Shown: positions 1-12,300 of the stretch, in pieces
Position numbering within the stretch: the stretch's first letter is position 1
How the letters are laid out: the number at the start of each line of letters is the position of its first letter
Source: Squalus acanthias
Taxonomy: Eukaryota
Assembly: GCA_030390025.1 (NCBI GenBank)
Contig: JASTWF010000349.1
Location: 310,001 to 374,000 of the forward strand
Direction: 5' to 3'
Length of the DNA: 64,000 nt
The notes under the pieces: generated by a model
The model's input: the letters and a program-made list of their open reading frames with translations, nothing else
What the model was told of the DNA's origin: nothing
Databases searched by the model: none
Made by a program: the position numbers and the translations under genes

Positions 1-3000
1 AGTCTCTCTCCCCTCATTCACCCTCTGTCTCTCTCCCCTCATTCACTCTCTGTCCCTCTCCCCTCATTTACCTCAGTCCCTCTCCCCTCATTTACCCTCA
101 GTCCCTCTCCCCTCATTTACCCTCAGTCTCTCTCCCCTCATTCACTCTCAGTCCCTCTCCCCTCATTTACCTCAGTCCCTCTCCCCTCATTTCCTCATTC
201 CCTCTCCCCTCATTAACCTCAGTCCCTCTCCCCTCATTCACTCTCAGTACCTCTCCTCTCATTTACCCTCAGTCCCTCTCCCCTCATTTACCCTCAGTCT
301 CTCTCCCCTCATTTACCCTCAGTCCCTCTCCCATCATTTACCCTCAGTCTCTCTCCCCTCATTCACTCTCAGATCCTCTCCCCTCATTTACCCTCAGTCC
401 CTCTCCCCTCATTTACCCTCAGTCTCTCTCCCCTCATTCACTCTCAGGCCCTCTCCCCTCATTTACCTCAGTCCCTTTCCCCTCATTTACCCTCAGTCGC
501 TCTCCCATCATTTACCCTCAGTCTCTTTCACCTCATTCACCCTCAGTCCCTCTCCCCTCATTTACGTCACGCCCTCTCCCCTCATTTAGCTCAGTCTCTC
601 TCCCCTCATTAACCTGTCACTCTCACCTCATTTCCTCAGTCCCTCTCCCCTCATTCACCCTCAGTCTCTCTCCCCTCATTTCCTCAGTCTCTCTCCCCTC
701 ATTCGCCCTCAGTCCCTCTCCCCTCATTCACTCTCAGTCCCTCTCCCTCATTTCCCCTCAGTCCCACTCACCTCATTCACTCTCAGCCTCTCTCCCCTCA
801 TTCACCCTCAGTCCCTCTCCCCTCATTCACTCTCAGTCTCTCTCCCCTCATTCCCCCTCAGTCCTTCTCCTTTCATTCACGATCAGTCTCTCTCCCCTCA
901 TTCACCCTCAGTCCCTCTCCCCTCATTCACTCTCAGTCTCTCTCCCCTCATTCACTCTCAGTCCCTCTCCCCTCTCATTTACCCTCAGTCCCTCTCCCTC
1001 ATTCACTCTCAGTCCCTCTACCCTCATTCACCTCAGTCCCTCTCCCCTCATTCACTCTCAGTCCTCTCCCCTCATTCACCCTCAGTCTCTTCCTCTCATT
1101 TACTCTCAGTCACTCTCCCCTCATTTACCCTCAGTCCCTCTCCCCTCATTTACCTCAGTCCCTCTCCCCTCATTTACCCTCAGTCCTCTCTCCCCTCATT
1201 AACCCTCAGTCCTCTCCCCTCATTCACCCTCAGTCACTCTCCCCTCATTACCCTCAGTCCCTCTCCCCTCATTCACTCTCAGTCTCTCTCCCCTCATTCA
1301 CTCTCAGTCCCTCTCCCCTCATTCACCCTCAGTCCCTCTTCCCTCATTCAATCTCAGTCGCTCTCCCCTCATTTACCTCAGTCCCTCTCCCCTCATTTAC
1401 CTCAGTCCCTCTCCCCTCATTCAATCTCAGTCTCTCTCCCCTCATTCACCCTCTGTCCCTCTCCCCTGATTCACCCTCAGTCCCTCTCCGTTCATTTACC
1501 TCAGTCCCTCTCCCCTCATTCAATCTCAGTCTCTCTCCCCTCATTCACCCTCAGTCTCTCTCCCCTCATTAACCTCAGTCCCTCTCCCCTCATTCACCCT
1601 CAGTCTCTCTCCCCTCATTCACCCTCTGTCCCTCTCCCCTCATTCACCCTCAGTCCCTCGCCCCTCATTCACCCTCTGTCCCTCTCCCCTCATTCACCCT
1701 CAGTCTCTCTCCCCTCATTCACCCTCAGTCCCTCTCCCCTCTTTCACCCTCTGTCCCTCTCCCCTCATTCACCCTCAGTCCCTCTCCCCTCATTCACCCT
1801 CTCCCCTGATTCACCCTCTGTCCCTCTCCCCTGATTCACTCTCAGTCCCTCTCCCCTCATTCACCCTCAGTCCCTCTCCCCGCATTTACCTCAGTCCCTG
1901 TCCCCTCATTTACCTCACTCACCCTCCCCTCATTCACCCTCAGTCTGTCTCCCCTCATTCACCCTCAGTCCCTCTCCCCTCATTCACCCTCAGTCCCTCT
2001 CCCCTCATTCACCCTCTGTCCCTCTCCCCTCATTCACCCTCAGTCCTTCGCCCCTCATTCACTCTCTGTCCCTCTCCCCTCATTCACCCTCAGTCCCTCT
2101 CCCCTCATTCACCCTCAGTCCCTCTCCCCTAATTTACCCTGTCTCTCACCCCTCATTAAACTCAGTCCCTCTCCCCTCATTCACCCTCACTCACTCTCAG
2201 TCCCTCCCCCCTCATTCACCCTCAGTCCCTCGCCCCACATTCACCCTCTGTCCCTCTCCCCTCATTCACCCTCAGTCCCTCTCCCCTCATTCACCCTCTG
2301 TCTCTCTCCCCTAATTCACCCTCTGTCCCTCTCCCCTGATTCACCCTCTGTCCCTCTCCCCGGATTCACTCTCAGTCCCTCTCCCCTCATTCACCCTCAG
2401 TCCCTCTCCCCTCATTTACCTCAGTCCCTCTCCCCTCATTTACCTCACTCCCCCTCCCCTCATTCACCCTCAGTCCCTCTCCACTCATTCACCCTCACTC
2501 CCTCATTCACTCTCAGTCCCTCTCCCCTCATTCACCCTCAGTCCCTATCCGCTCATTTACCCTCAGTCCCTCTCCCCTCATTTACCCTCAGTATCTCTCC
2601 CCTCATTTACCCTCAGTCCCTCTCCCCTCATTCACCCTCAGTCCCTCTCCCCTCATTCACCCTCAGTCCCTCTCCCCTCATTCACTCTCAGTCCCTCTCC
2701 CCTCATTCACTCTCAGTTCCTCTCAACTCATTTACCCTCAGTCCCTCTCCCCTCATTCACTCTCAGTCACTCTCCCCTCATTCACTCTCAGTCTCTTTCC
2801 CCTCATTCACCCTCAGTCCCTCTCCCCTCATTTACCTCAGTCCCTCTCCCCTCATTTACCTCAGTCCCCCTCCCCTCATTCACCCTCCGTCTGTCTTCCC
2901 TCATTAACCTGTCCCTCTCCACTCATTTACCCTGTCTCTCTCCCCTCATTAACCTCAGTCCCTCTCCCCTCATTTACCTCAGTCCCTCACCCCTCATTTA

Positions 3001-3398
3001 CCCTCAGTCCCTCTCCACTCATTCACTCTCAGTCACTCTCCCCTCATTAGCCCTCAGTCCCTCTCCGCTCATTTACCCTCAGTCCCTCTCCCCTGATTCA
3101 CCCTCAGTCTCTTTCCCCTCATTCACCCTCTGTCCCTCTCCCCTCATTCACCCTTAGTCCCTCATTCACCCTGTCCCTCTCACCTCATTCACCCTCAGTC
3201 CCTCATTCTCTCTGTCCCTCTCCCCTCATTCACCCTCAGTTCCTCTCCCCTCATTCACCCTCAGTCCCTCTGCCCTCATTCACCCTCAGTCCCTCTCCCC
3301 GCATTCACTCTCAGTCCCTCTCCCCTCATTTACCCTCAGTCCCTCTCCCCTCATTCACTCTCAGTTCCTCTCCCCCCATTCACCCTCAGTTCCTCTCC

Positions 3399-6300
3399 AT
3401 TGTGCTTTCCAGCAGTGTTGATGTGCAGGTCTCTCCAGGCCGAGATTCAAGGCTGCAATGAGCAGGATGTGGATGGAAAGCAAGATCAACCCTCCCCTTT
3501 AAGAACTGGCCGGCGTCATTGTGTCTGTGTTCCATTGCTGACTGACATCACATGAGCTTCGCCAACGCTCTGAGTTAGCGCCTCGCTCCTTGGCCTTTGC
3601 GCCTTAAGTCAGATGTGTAGCGCCTGATTTAGTGCTCCAATCACCTCCATGGGCGACAAAAGTCAAGTTTGCAGTCGGAGGTGATAATTAGCGCCAGGCG
3701 CTAATCTTTGCGCCCGGCCAATAATTGCGCCCCAAATGGGGCGATATTGAATTTTACCCCCATTGACTCTATTTACCTTCAGTGCCTCTCCCCTCGTTTA
3801 CACTCAGTCCTCATTTACCCTCAGTCCCTCTCCCCTCATTCACCCTCAGTTCCTCTCCCCTCATTTACCCTCAGTACCTCTCCCCTCATTTACCTCAGTC
3901 CCTCTCCCCTCATTTAACCTCAGTCCCTCTCTCCTCATTTACCCTGTCCCTCTCCCCTCATTCACTCTCAGTCTCTCTCCCTCATTAACCTCAGTCCCTC
4001 TCCCCTCATTCACTCTCAGTCCCTCTCCCCTCATTTTCCCTCAGTCCCTCTCCCCTCATTAACCTCAGATCCTCTCCCCTCATTTACCTCAGTCTCTCTC
4101 CCCTCATTCACTGTCAGTCCCTCTCCCTCATTTTCCCTCAGTTCCTCTCCCCTCATTCACCCTCAGTCCCTCTCCGCTCATTTACTCTCAGTCCCTCTCC
4201 CCTCATTTACCCACAGTCCCTCTCCCATTTACCCTCAGTCCCTCTCCCCTCATTTACCTCAGTCCCTCTCCCCTCATTTACCCTCAGTCCCTCTCCCCTC
4301 ATTAACCTCAGTCCCTGTCTCCTCATTCACCCTCAGTCCCTCTCCCCTCATTCACCCTCAGTCCCTCTCCCCCTCATTCAATCTCAGTCCCTGTCCCCTC
4401 ATTCACCCTCAGTCCCTCTCCCCTCATTCACCCTCAGTCCCTCTTCCCTCATTCAATCTCAGTCGCTCTCCCCTCATTTACCTCAGTCCCTCTCCCCTCA
4501 TTTACCTCAGTCCCTCTCCCCTCATTCAATCTCAGTCTCTCTCCCCTCATTCACCCTCTGTCCCTCTCCCCTGATTCACCCTCAGTCCCTCTCCGTTCAT
4601 TTACCTCAGTCCCTCTCCCCTCATTCAATCTCAGTCTCTCTCCCCTCATTCACCCTCAGTCCCTCTCCGCTCATTTACCCTCAGTACCTCTCCCCTCATT
4701 TACCTCAGTCCCTCTCCCCTCATTTAACCTCAGTCCCTCTCTCCTCATTTACCCTGTCCCTCTCCCCTCATTCACTCTCAGTCTCTCTCCCTCATTTACC
4801 CTCAGTCCCTCTCCCCTCATTCACTCTCAGTCCCTCTCCCCTCATTTTCCCTCAGTCCCTCTCCCCTCATTAACCTCAGATCCTCTCCCCTCATTTACCT
4901 CAGTCTCTCTCCCCTCATTCACTGTCAGTCCCTCTCCCCTCATTTTCCCTCAGTTCCTCTCCCCACATTCACCCTCAGTCCTTCTCCGCTCATTTACTCT
5001 CAGTCCCTCTCCCCTCATTTACCCACAGTCCCTCTCCCATTTACCCTCAGTCCCTCTCCCCTCATTTACCTCAGTCCCTCTCCCCTCATTTACCCTCAGT
5101 CCCTCTCCCCTCATTAACCTCAGTCCCTGTCCCCTCATTCACCCTCAGTCCCTCTCCCCTCATTCACCCTCAGTCCCTCTCCCCCTCATTCAATCTCAGT
5201 CCCTGTCCCCTCATTCACCCTCAGTCCCTCTCCCCTCATTCACCCTCAGTCCCTCTTCCCTCATTCAATCTCAGTCGCTCTCCCCTCATTTACCTCAGTC
5301 CCTCTCCCCTCATTTACCTCAGTCCCTCTCCCCTCATTCAATCTCAGTCTCTCTCCCCTCATTCACCCTCTGTCCCTCTCCCCTGATTCACCCTCAGTCC
5401 CTCTCCGTTCATTTACCTCAGTCCCTCTCCCCTCATTCAATCTCAGTCTCTCTCCCCTCATTCACCCTCAGTCCCTCTCCGCTCATTTACTCTCAGTCTC
5501 TATCCCCTCATTTACCCTCAGTCTCTCTCCCCTCATTAACCTCAGTCCCTCTCCCCTCATTCACCCTCAGTCTCTCTCCCCTCATTCACCCTCTGTCCCT
5601 CTCCCCTCATTCACCCTCAGTCCCTCGCCCCTCATTCACCCTCTGTCCCTCTCCCCTCATTCACCCTCAGTCCCTCTCCCCTCATTCACCCTCAGTCCCT
5701 CTCCCCTCTTTCACCCTCTGTCCCTCTCCCCTCATTCACCCTCAGTCCCTCTCCCCTGATTCACCCTCTCCCCTGATTCACCCTCTGTCCCTCTCCCCTG
5801 ATTCACTCTCAGTCCCTCTCCCCTCATTCACCCTCAGTCCCTCTCCCCGCATTTACCTCAGTCCCTGTCCCCTCATTTACCTCACTCCCCCTCCCCTCAT
5901 TCACCCTCAGTCTGTCTCCCCTCATTCACCCTCAGTCCCTCTCCCCTCATTCACCCTCAGTCCCTCTCCCCTCATTCACCCTCTGTCCCTCTCCCCTCAT
6001 TCACCCTCAGTCCTTCGCCCCTCATTCACCCTCTGTCCCTCTCCCCTCATTCACCCTCAGTCCCTCTCGCCTCATTCACCCTCAGTCCCTCTCCCTTAAT
6101 TTACCCTGTCTCTCTCCACTCATTAACCTCAGTCCCTCTCCCCTCATTCACCCTCACTCACTCTCAGTCCCTCTCCCCTCATTCACCCTCAGTCCCTCGC
6201 CCCTCATTCACCCTCTGTCCCTCTCCCCTCATTCACCCTCAGTCCCTCTCCCCTCATTCACCCTCTGTCCCTCTCCCCTAATTCACCCTCTGTCCCTTTC

Positions 6301-9300
6301 CCCTGATTCACCCTCTGTCCCTCTCCCTGATTCACTCTCAGTCCCTCTCCCCTCATTCACCCTCAGTCCCTCTCCCCTCATTTACCTCAGTCCCTCTCCC
6401 CTCATTTACCTCACTCCCCCTCCCCTCATTCACCCTCAGTTCCTCTCCCCTCATTCACCCTCACTCCCTCATTCACTCTCAGTCCCTCTCCCCTCATTCA
6501 CCCTCAGTCCCTATCCGCTCATTTACCCTCAGTCCCTCTCCCCTCATTTACCCTCAGTATCTCTCCCCTCATTTACCCTCAGTCCCTCTCCCCTCATTCA
6601 CCCTCAGTCCCTCTCCCCTCATTCACTCTCAGTCCCTCTCCCCTCATTCACTCTCAGTTCCTCTCCCCTCATTTACCCTCAGTCCCTCTCCCCTCATTCA
6701 CTCTCAGTCACTCTCCCCTCATTCACCCTCAGTCTCTCTCCGCTCATTTACCCTCAGTCCCTCTCCCCTCATTCACTCTCAGTCTCTTTCCCCTCATTCA
6801 CCCTCAGTCCCTCTCCCCTCATTTACCTCAGTCCCTCTCCCCTCATTTACCTCAGTCCCCCTCCCCTCATTCAGCCTCAGTCTGTCTTCCCTCATTAACC
6901 TGTCCCTCTCCACTCATTTACCCTGTCTCTCTCCCCTCATTAACCTCAGTCCCTCTCCCCTCATTTACCTCAGTCCCTCTCCCCTCATTTACCCTCAGTC
7001 CCTCTCCACTCATTCACTCTCAGTCACTCTCCCCTCATTAGCCCTCAGTCCTCTCCGCTCATTTACCCTCAGTCCCTCTCCCCTCATTCACCCTCAGTCT
7101 CTTTCCCCTCATTCACCCTCTGTCCCTCTCCCCTCATTCACCCTTAGTCCCTCATTCACCCTGTCCCTCTCCCCTCATTCACCCTCAGTCCCTCATTCTC
7201 TCTGTCCCTCTCCCCTCATTCACCCTCAGTTCCTCTCCCCTCATTCACCCTCAGTCCCTCTGCCCTCAATCACCCTCAGTCCCTCTCCCCGCATTCACTC
7301 TCAGTCCCTCTCCCCTCATTTACCCTCAGTCCCTCTCCCCTCATTCACTCTCAGTCCCTCTCCCCTCATTCACCCTCAGTTCCTCTCCATTGTGCTTTCC
7401 AGCAGTTTTGATGTACAGGTCTCTCCAGGCCGAGATTCAAGGCTGCAATGAGCAGGATGTGGATGGAAAGCAAGATCAACCCTCCCCTTTAAGAACTGGC
7501 CGGCGTCATTGTGTCTGTGTTCCATTGCTGACTGACATCACATGAGCTTCGCCAACGCTCTGAGTTAGCGCCTCGCTCCTTGGCCTTTGCGCCTTAAGTG
7601 TAGCGCCTGATTTAGTGCTCCAATCACCTCCATGGGCGACAAAAGTCAAGTTTGCAGTCGGAGGTGATAATTAGCGCCAGGCGCTAATCTTTGCGCCCGG
7701 CCAATAATTGCGCCCCAAATGGGGCGATACTGAATTTTACCCCCATTGACTCTATTTACCTTCAGTGCCTCTCCCCTCGTTTACACTCAGTCCTCATTTA
7801 CCCTCAGTCCCTCTCCCCTCATTCACCCTCAGTTCCTCTCCCCTCATTTACCCTCAGTACCTCTCCCCTCATTTACCTCAGTCCCTCTCCCCTCATTTAA
7901 CCTCAGTCTCTCTCTCCTCATTTACCCTGTCCCTCTCCCCTCATTCACTCTCAGTCTCTCTCCCTCATTTACCCTCAGTCCCTCTCCCCTCATTCACTCT
8001 CAGTCCCTCTCCCCTCATTTTCCCTCAGTCCCTCTCCCCTCATTAACCTCAGATCCTCTCCCCTCATTTACCTCAGTCTCTCTCCCCTCATTCACTGTCA
8101 GTCCCTCTCCCCTCATTTTCCCTCAGTTCCTCTCCCCTCATTCACCCTCAGTCCCTCTCCGCTCATTTACTCTCAGTCCCTCTCCCCTCATTTACCCACA
8201 GTCCCTCTCCCATTTACCTCAGTCCCTCTCCCCTCATTAACCTCAGTCCCTCTCCCCTCATTTACCTCTGTCCCTCTCCCCCCATTTACCTCAGTCCCTC
8301 TGCCCTCATTTACCCTCAGTCCCTCTCCCATTTACCTCATTCCCGCTCCCCTCATTAACCTCAGTCCCTCTCCCCTCATTTACCTCAGTCCCTCTCCCCT
8401 CATTTACCTCGGTCCCTCTCCCCTCATTCACCCTCAGTCCCTCATTCACCCTCAGTCCCTCTCCCCTCATTCACCCTCTGTCCCTCTCCCCTCATTCACC
8501 CTCTGTCCCTCTCCTCTCATTTACCCTCAGTCCCTCTACCCTCATTTACCCTCAGTCCCTCTCCCCTCATTCACTCTCAGTCACTCTCCCCTCATTAACC
8601 TCAGTTCCTCTCCCCTCATTCACCCTCAGTCCCTCTCCCCTCATTTACCTGACCCTCTCCCCTCATTTACGTCAGTCGCTCTCCCCTCATTTACCCTCAG
8701 TATCTCTCCCCTCATTAACCTCAGTTCCTCTCCCCTCATTAACCTCAGTCCCTCTCCCCTCATTCACCCTCAGTCCCTCTCCGCTCATTTACCCTCAGTC
8801 CCTCTCCACTCATTCACTCTCAGACCCTCTCCCCTCATTCACCCTCAGTTTCTCTCCATTGTGCTATCCAGCAGATTTGATGTGCAGGTCTCTCCAGGCT
8901 GAGATTCAAGGCTGCAATAAGCAGGATGTGGATGGAAAGCAAGCTCAACCCTCCCCATTAAGAACTGGCCGGCGCCATTGTGTCTGTGTTCCATTGCTGA
9001 CAGACATCACATGAGCTTCGCCAGCGCTCTGAGTTAGCGCCTCGCTCCTCGGCCTTTGCGCCTTAAGACAGATGTGTCGCGCCCGATTTAGCGCTCCAAT
9101 CACCTCCAGGGGCGACAAAAGTCAAGTTTGCAGTCGGAGGTGATAATTAGCGCCAGGCGCTAATCTTTGCGCCCGGCCAATAATTGCGCCCCAAATGGGG
9201 CGATACTGAATTTTACCCCCATTGACTCTATTTACCTTCAGTGCCTCTCCCCTCGTTTACCCTCAGTCTCTCTGCCCTCATTTACCCTCAGTCCCTCTCC

Positions 9301-12300
9301 CCTCATTCACCCTCAGTCCCTCTCCCCTCATTTACCCTCAGTCCCTCTCCCCTCATTTACCTCAGTCCCTCTCCCCTCATTTACCCTCAGTCCCTCTCCC
9401 GTCATTTACCTCAGTCCCTCTCCCCTCATTTACCCTGCCCCTCTCCCCTCATTAACCTCAGTCCCTCTCCCCTCATTTACCTCAGTCCCTCTCCCCTCAT
9501 TTACCCTCAGTCCCTCTCCCCTCATTTACCCTCAGTCCCTCTCCCCTCATTTACCCTCAGTCCCTCTCCCCTCATTTACCCTCAGTCCCTCTCCCCTCAT
9601 TTCCTCAGTCCCTCTCCCCTCATTAACCACAGTCCCTCTCCCCTCATTAACCTCAGTCCCTCTCCCCTCATTTACCCTCAGTCTCTATCCCCTCATTCAC
9701 CCTCAGTCTCTCTCCCCTCATTCACCCTCAGTCCCTCTCCCCTCATTTTCCCTCAGTCTCTATCCCCTCATTCACCCTCAGTCTCTCTCCCCTCATTCAC
9801 TCTCAGTCTCTCTCCCCTCATTCACCCTCAGTTCCTCTCCCCTCATTCACCCTCAGTCCCTCTCCGTTCATTTACTCTCAGTCCCTCTCCCCTCATTTAC
9901 CCACAGTCCCTCTCCCATTTACCTCAGTCCCTCTCTCCTCATTAACATCAGTCCCTCTCCCCTCATTTACCTCTGTCCCTCTCCCTCCATTTACCTCAGT
10001 CCCTCTCCCCTCATTTACCCTCAGTCCCTCTCCCATTTACCTCATTCCCGCTCCCCTCATTAACGTCAATCCCTCTCCCCTCATTCACCCTCAGTTCCTC
10101 TCCATTGTGCTATCCAGCAGATTTGATGTGCAGGTCTCTCCAGGCTGAGATTCAAGGCTGAAATAAGCAGGATGTGGATGGAAAGCAAGCTCAACCCTCC
10201 CCTTTAAGAACTGGCCGGCGCCATTGTGTCTGTATTCCATTGCTGACAGACATCACATGAGCTTCGCCAGTGCTCTGAGTTAGCGCCTCACTCCTCGGCC
10301 TTTGCGCCTTAAGACAGATGTGTAGCGCCCGATTTAGCGCTCCAATCACCTCCAGGGGCGACAAAAGTCAAGTTTGCAGTCGGAGCTGATAATTAGCGCC
10401 AGGCGCTAATCTTTGCGCCCGGCCAATAATTGCGCCCCAAATGGGGCGATACTGAATTTTGCCCCATTGACTCTATTTACCTTCAGTGCCTCTCCCCTCA
10501 TTTACCCTCAGTCCCTCTGCCCTCATTTACCCTCAGTCCCTCTCCCCTCATTCACCCTCAGTCCCTCTCCCCTCATTTACCCTCAGTCCCTCTCCCCTCA
10601 TTTACCTCAGTCCTTCTCCCCTCATTTACCCTCAGTCCCTCTCCCGTCATTTACCTCAGTCCCTCTCCCCTCATTTACCCTGCCCCTCTCCCCTCATTAA
10701 CCTCAGTCCCTCTCCCCTCATTTACCTCAGTCCCTCTCCCCTCATTTACCCTCAGTCCCTCTCCCCTCATTTACCATCAGTCCCTCTCCCCTCATTTACC
10801 CTCAGTCCCTCTCCCCTCATTTACCCTCAGTCCCTCTCCCCTCATTTCCTCAGTCCCTCTCCCCTCATTAACCTCAGTCCCTCTCCCCTCATTAACCTCA
10901 GTCCCTCTCCCCTCATTCACCCTCTGTCCCTCTCCCCTCATTCACCCTCAGTCCCTCTCCCCTCATTCACCCTCAGTCCCTCTCCCCTCATTTACCCTCA
11001 GTCTCTATCCCCTCATTCACCCTCAGTCTCTCTCCCCTCATTCACTCTCAGTCTCTCTCCCCTCATTTAACTCAGTTCCTCTCCCCTCATTCACCCTCAG
11101 TCCCTCTCCCCTCATTTACCCTCAGTCTCTATCCCCTCATTCACCCTCAGTCTCTCTCCCCTCCTTCACCCTCAGTCCCTCTCCCCTCATTTACCCTCAG
11201 TCTCTATCCCCTCATTCACCCTCAGTCTCTCTCCCCTCATTCACTCTCAGTCTCTCTCCCCTCATTTACCTCAGTTCCTCTCCCCTCATTCACTCACAGT
11301 CCCTCTCCCCTCATTCACTCTCAGTTCCTCTCCCCTCAATCACCCTCTGTCCCTCTCCTCTCATTTACCCTCAGTCCCTCTACCCTCATTTACCCTCAGT
11401 CCCTCTCCCCTCATTCACTCTCAGTCACTCTCCCCTCATTAACCTCAGTTCCTCTCCCCTCATTCACCCTCAGTCCCTCTCCGCTCATTTACCCTCAGTC
11501 ACTCTCCCCTCATTCACCCTCAGTCCCTCTCCCCTCATTTACCTGACCCTCTCCCCTCATTTACGTCAGTCGCTCTCCCCTCATTTACCCTCAGTATCTC
11601 TCCCCTCATTAACCTCAGTTCCTCTCCCCTCATTAACCTCAGTCCCTCTCCCCTCATTCACCCTCAGTCCCTCTCCGCTCATTTACCCTCAGTCCCTCTA
11701 CACTCATTCACTCTCAGACCCTCTCCCCTCATTCACCCTCAGTTTCTCTCCATTGTGCTATCCAGCAGATTTGATGTGCAGGTCTCTCCAGGCTGAGATT
11801 CAAGGCTGCAATAAGCAGGATGTGGATGGAAAGCAAGCTCAACCCTCCCCATTAAGAACTGGCCGGCGCCATTGTGTCTGTGTTCCATTGCTGACAGACA
11901 TCACATGAGCTTCGCCAGCGCTCTGAGTTAGCGCCTCGCTCCTCGGCCTTTGCGCCTTAAGACAGATGTGTCGCGCCCGATTTAGCGCTCCAATCACCTC
12001 CAGGGGCGACAAAAGTCAAGTTTGCAGTCGGAGGTGATAATTAGCGCCAGGCGCTAATCTTTGCGCCCGGCCAATAATTGCGCCCCAAATGGGGCGATAC
12101 TGAATTTTACCCCCATTGACTCTATTTACCTTCAGTGCCTCTCCCCTCGTTTACCCTCAGTCCCTCTGCCCTCATTTACCCTCAGTCCCTCTCCCCTCAT
12201 TCACCCTCAGTCCCTCTCCCCTCATTTACCCTCAGTCCCTCTCCCCTCATTTACCTCAGTCCCTCTCCCCTCATTTACCCTCAGTCCCTCTCCCGTCATT

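Noticed and set aside
11752..11908. Core as a tandemly repeated coding exon (LMCRSLQAEIQGCNKQDVDGKQ...)
   Set aside because: AG acceptors follow a pyrimidine tract, but that tract is just the minisatellite. No strong donor is present, and type C copies carry TGA in this frame.
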